From Hyphochytrium catenoides (Eukaryota > Protista > Hyphochytriomycota), in the NCBI GenBank assembly GCA_900088475.1, contig FLMG01000972.1:9183-73182 (forward strand): 64,000 bases of DNA, given 5' to 3'. Positions 63,444-64,000 of the stretch are shown piece after piece. The notes under the pieces were generated by a model. It did no database searches and had not been told where the DNA came from. It was given only the letters and a program-made list of their open reading frames with translations. Each line of letters starts with the position of its first letter. The stretch's first letter is position 1. Position numbers and translations under genes: made by a program.

Positions 63444-64000
63444 CCTTCCTCGCCCGAGCAAAGAAGTTAGCCCTTTAGAGTGTTTCTCTTGCGGCTCTGG
63501 CTCTTCCCAGTAGAACGGTTCTATTCCTCAACCCACTCTTCGCTAGCGCTGCTAATCAATCAAGTGCCAGCGTTGCTCGTTCCTTTGAGTAAGAAGCTTA
63601 CAAAGTGGGACGCTTTCTGATGGGAGAAATCCTAAGAGAGTACGAGCAGCAGTGAGAGGATGTTTCCTTCTTTCTATCACCGGGGAAGGGAGGCGGAGGA
63701 GCGAGAAGAAAGCTGCTTGAGAAGAGGCCAGGCCTTGGCTGGGAAAGGACACGATGAGGCCGCAGATCCGATGGGGAACAGCTTGACCACCACCTGCAAG
63801 GGTTCTGATCCCTCTCACTCGTTGGTCATACTTCTCTTCTTCCTGCCCTCTGGCTCTCGAGGGTTTTATCCTCTGTTGATTGTCTATGTCTTGTCTCATT
63901 TGTTCCTGTCTCTCTTCTCTCTCTCTTTCTCTCTCTTATTTTCTCTCTCTCTCTCTCCCTCTCTCTCTCGCTCTCCCTCTCTCTCACTCCCTCTCTCTCT

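Overview
Gene-dense, intron-rich eukaryotic DNA with GT-AG introns, the standard genetic code, CT/GA-microsatellite introns and several N gaps. PACRG and centriole/cilium-type modules suggest a flagellated protist; a stramenopile-like lineage is only a guess. Gene models were spliced by hand. In order: CLC-6/7-type Cl-/H+ antiporter (-, runs off the left edge); USP-domain protein (-); a ~20 kb, ~37-exon, ~4000-aa multidomain gene (+, 7705-27640); a 69-aa two-exon myristoylated microprotein (-); an EF-hand calcium sensor (+); PACRG-like (-); PEX11 (+); a PHD-chromo CHD6-9-type remodeller (-); an RRM protein (+); DGAT2 (+); an intronless Zn-dependent FDH-like dehydrogenase (-); a CD36-family receptor (+); HspBP1/Fes1 (-). 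The standout is the giant gene. It joins Cys-containing LRRs, IQ motifs, Sfi1-like repeats, KOW, Tudor, FN3, zinc fingers, MORN repeats, LOTUS and WW domains, and carries what looks like a dynein stalk plus microtubule-binding domain with no AAA motor. No rRNA, tRNA, CRISPR or recognisable transposon was found. All family calls come from motif recognition; no searches were run.
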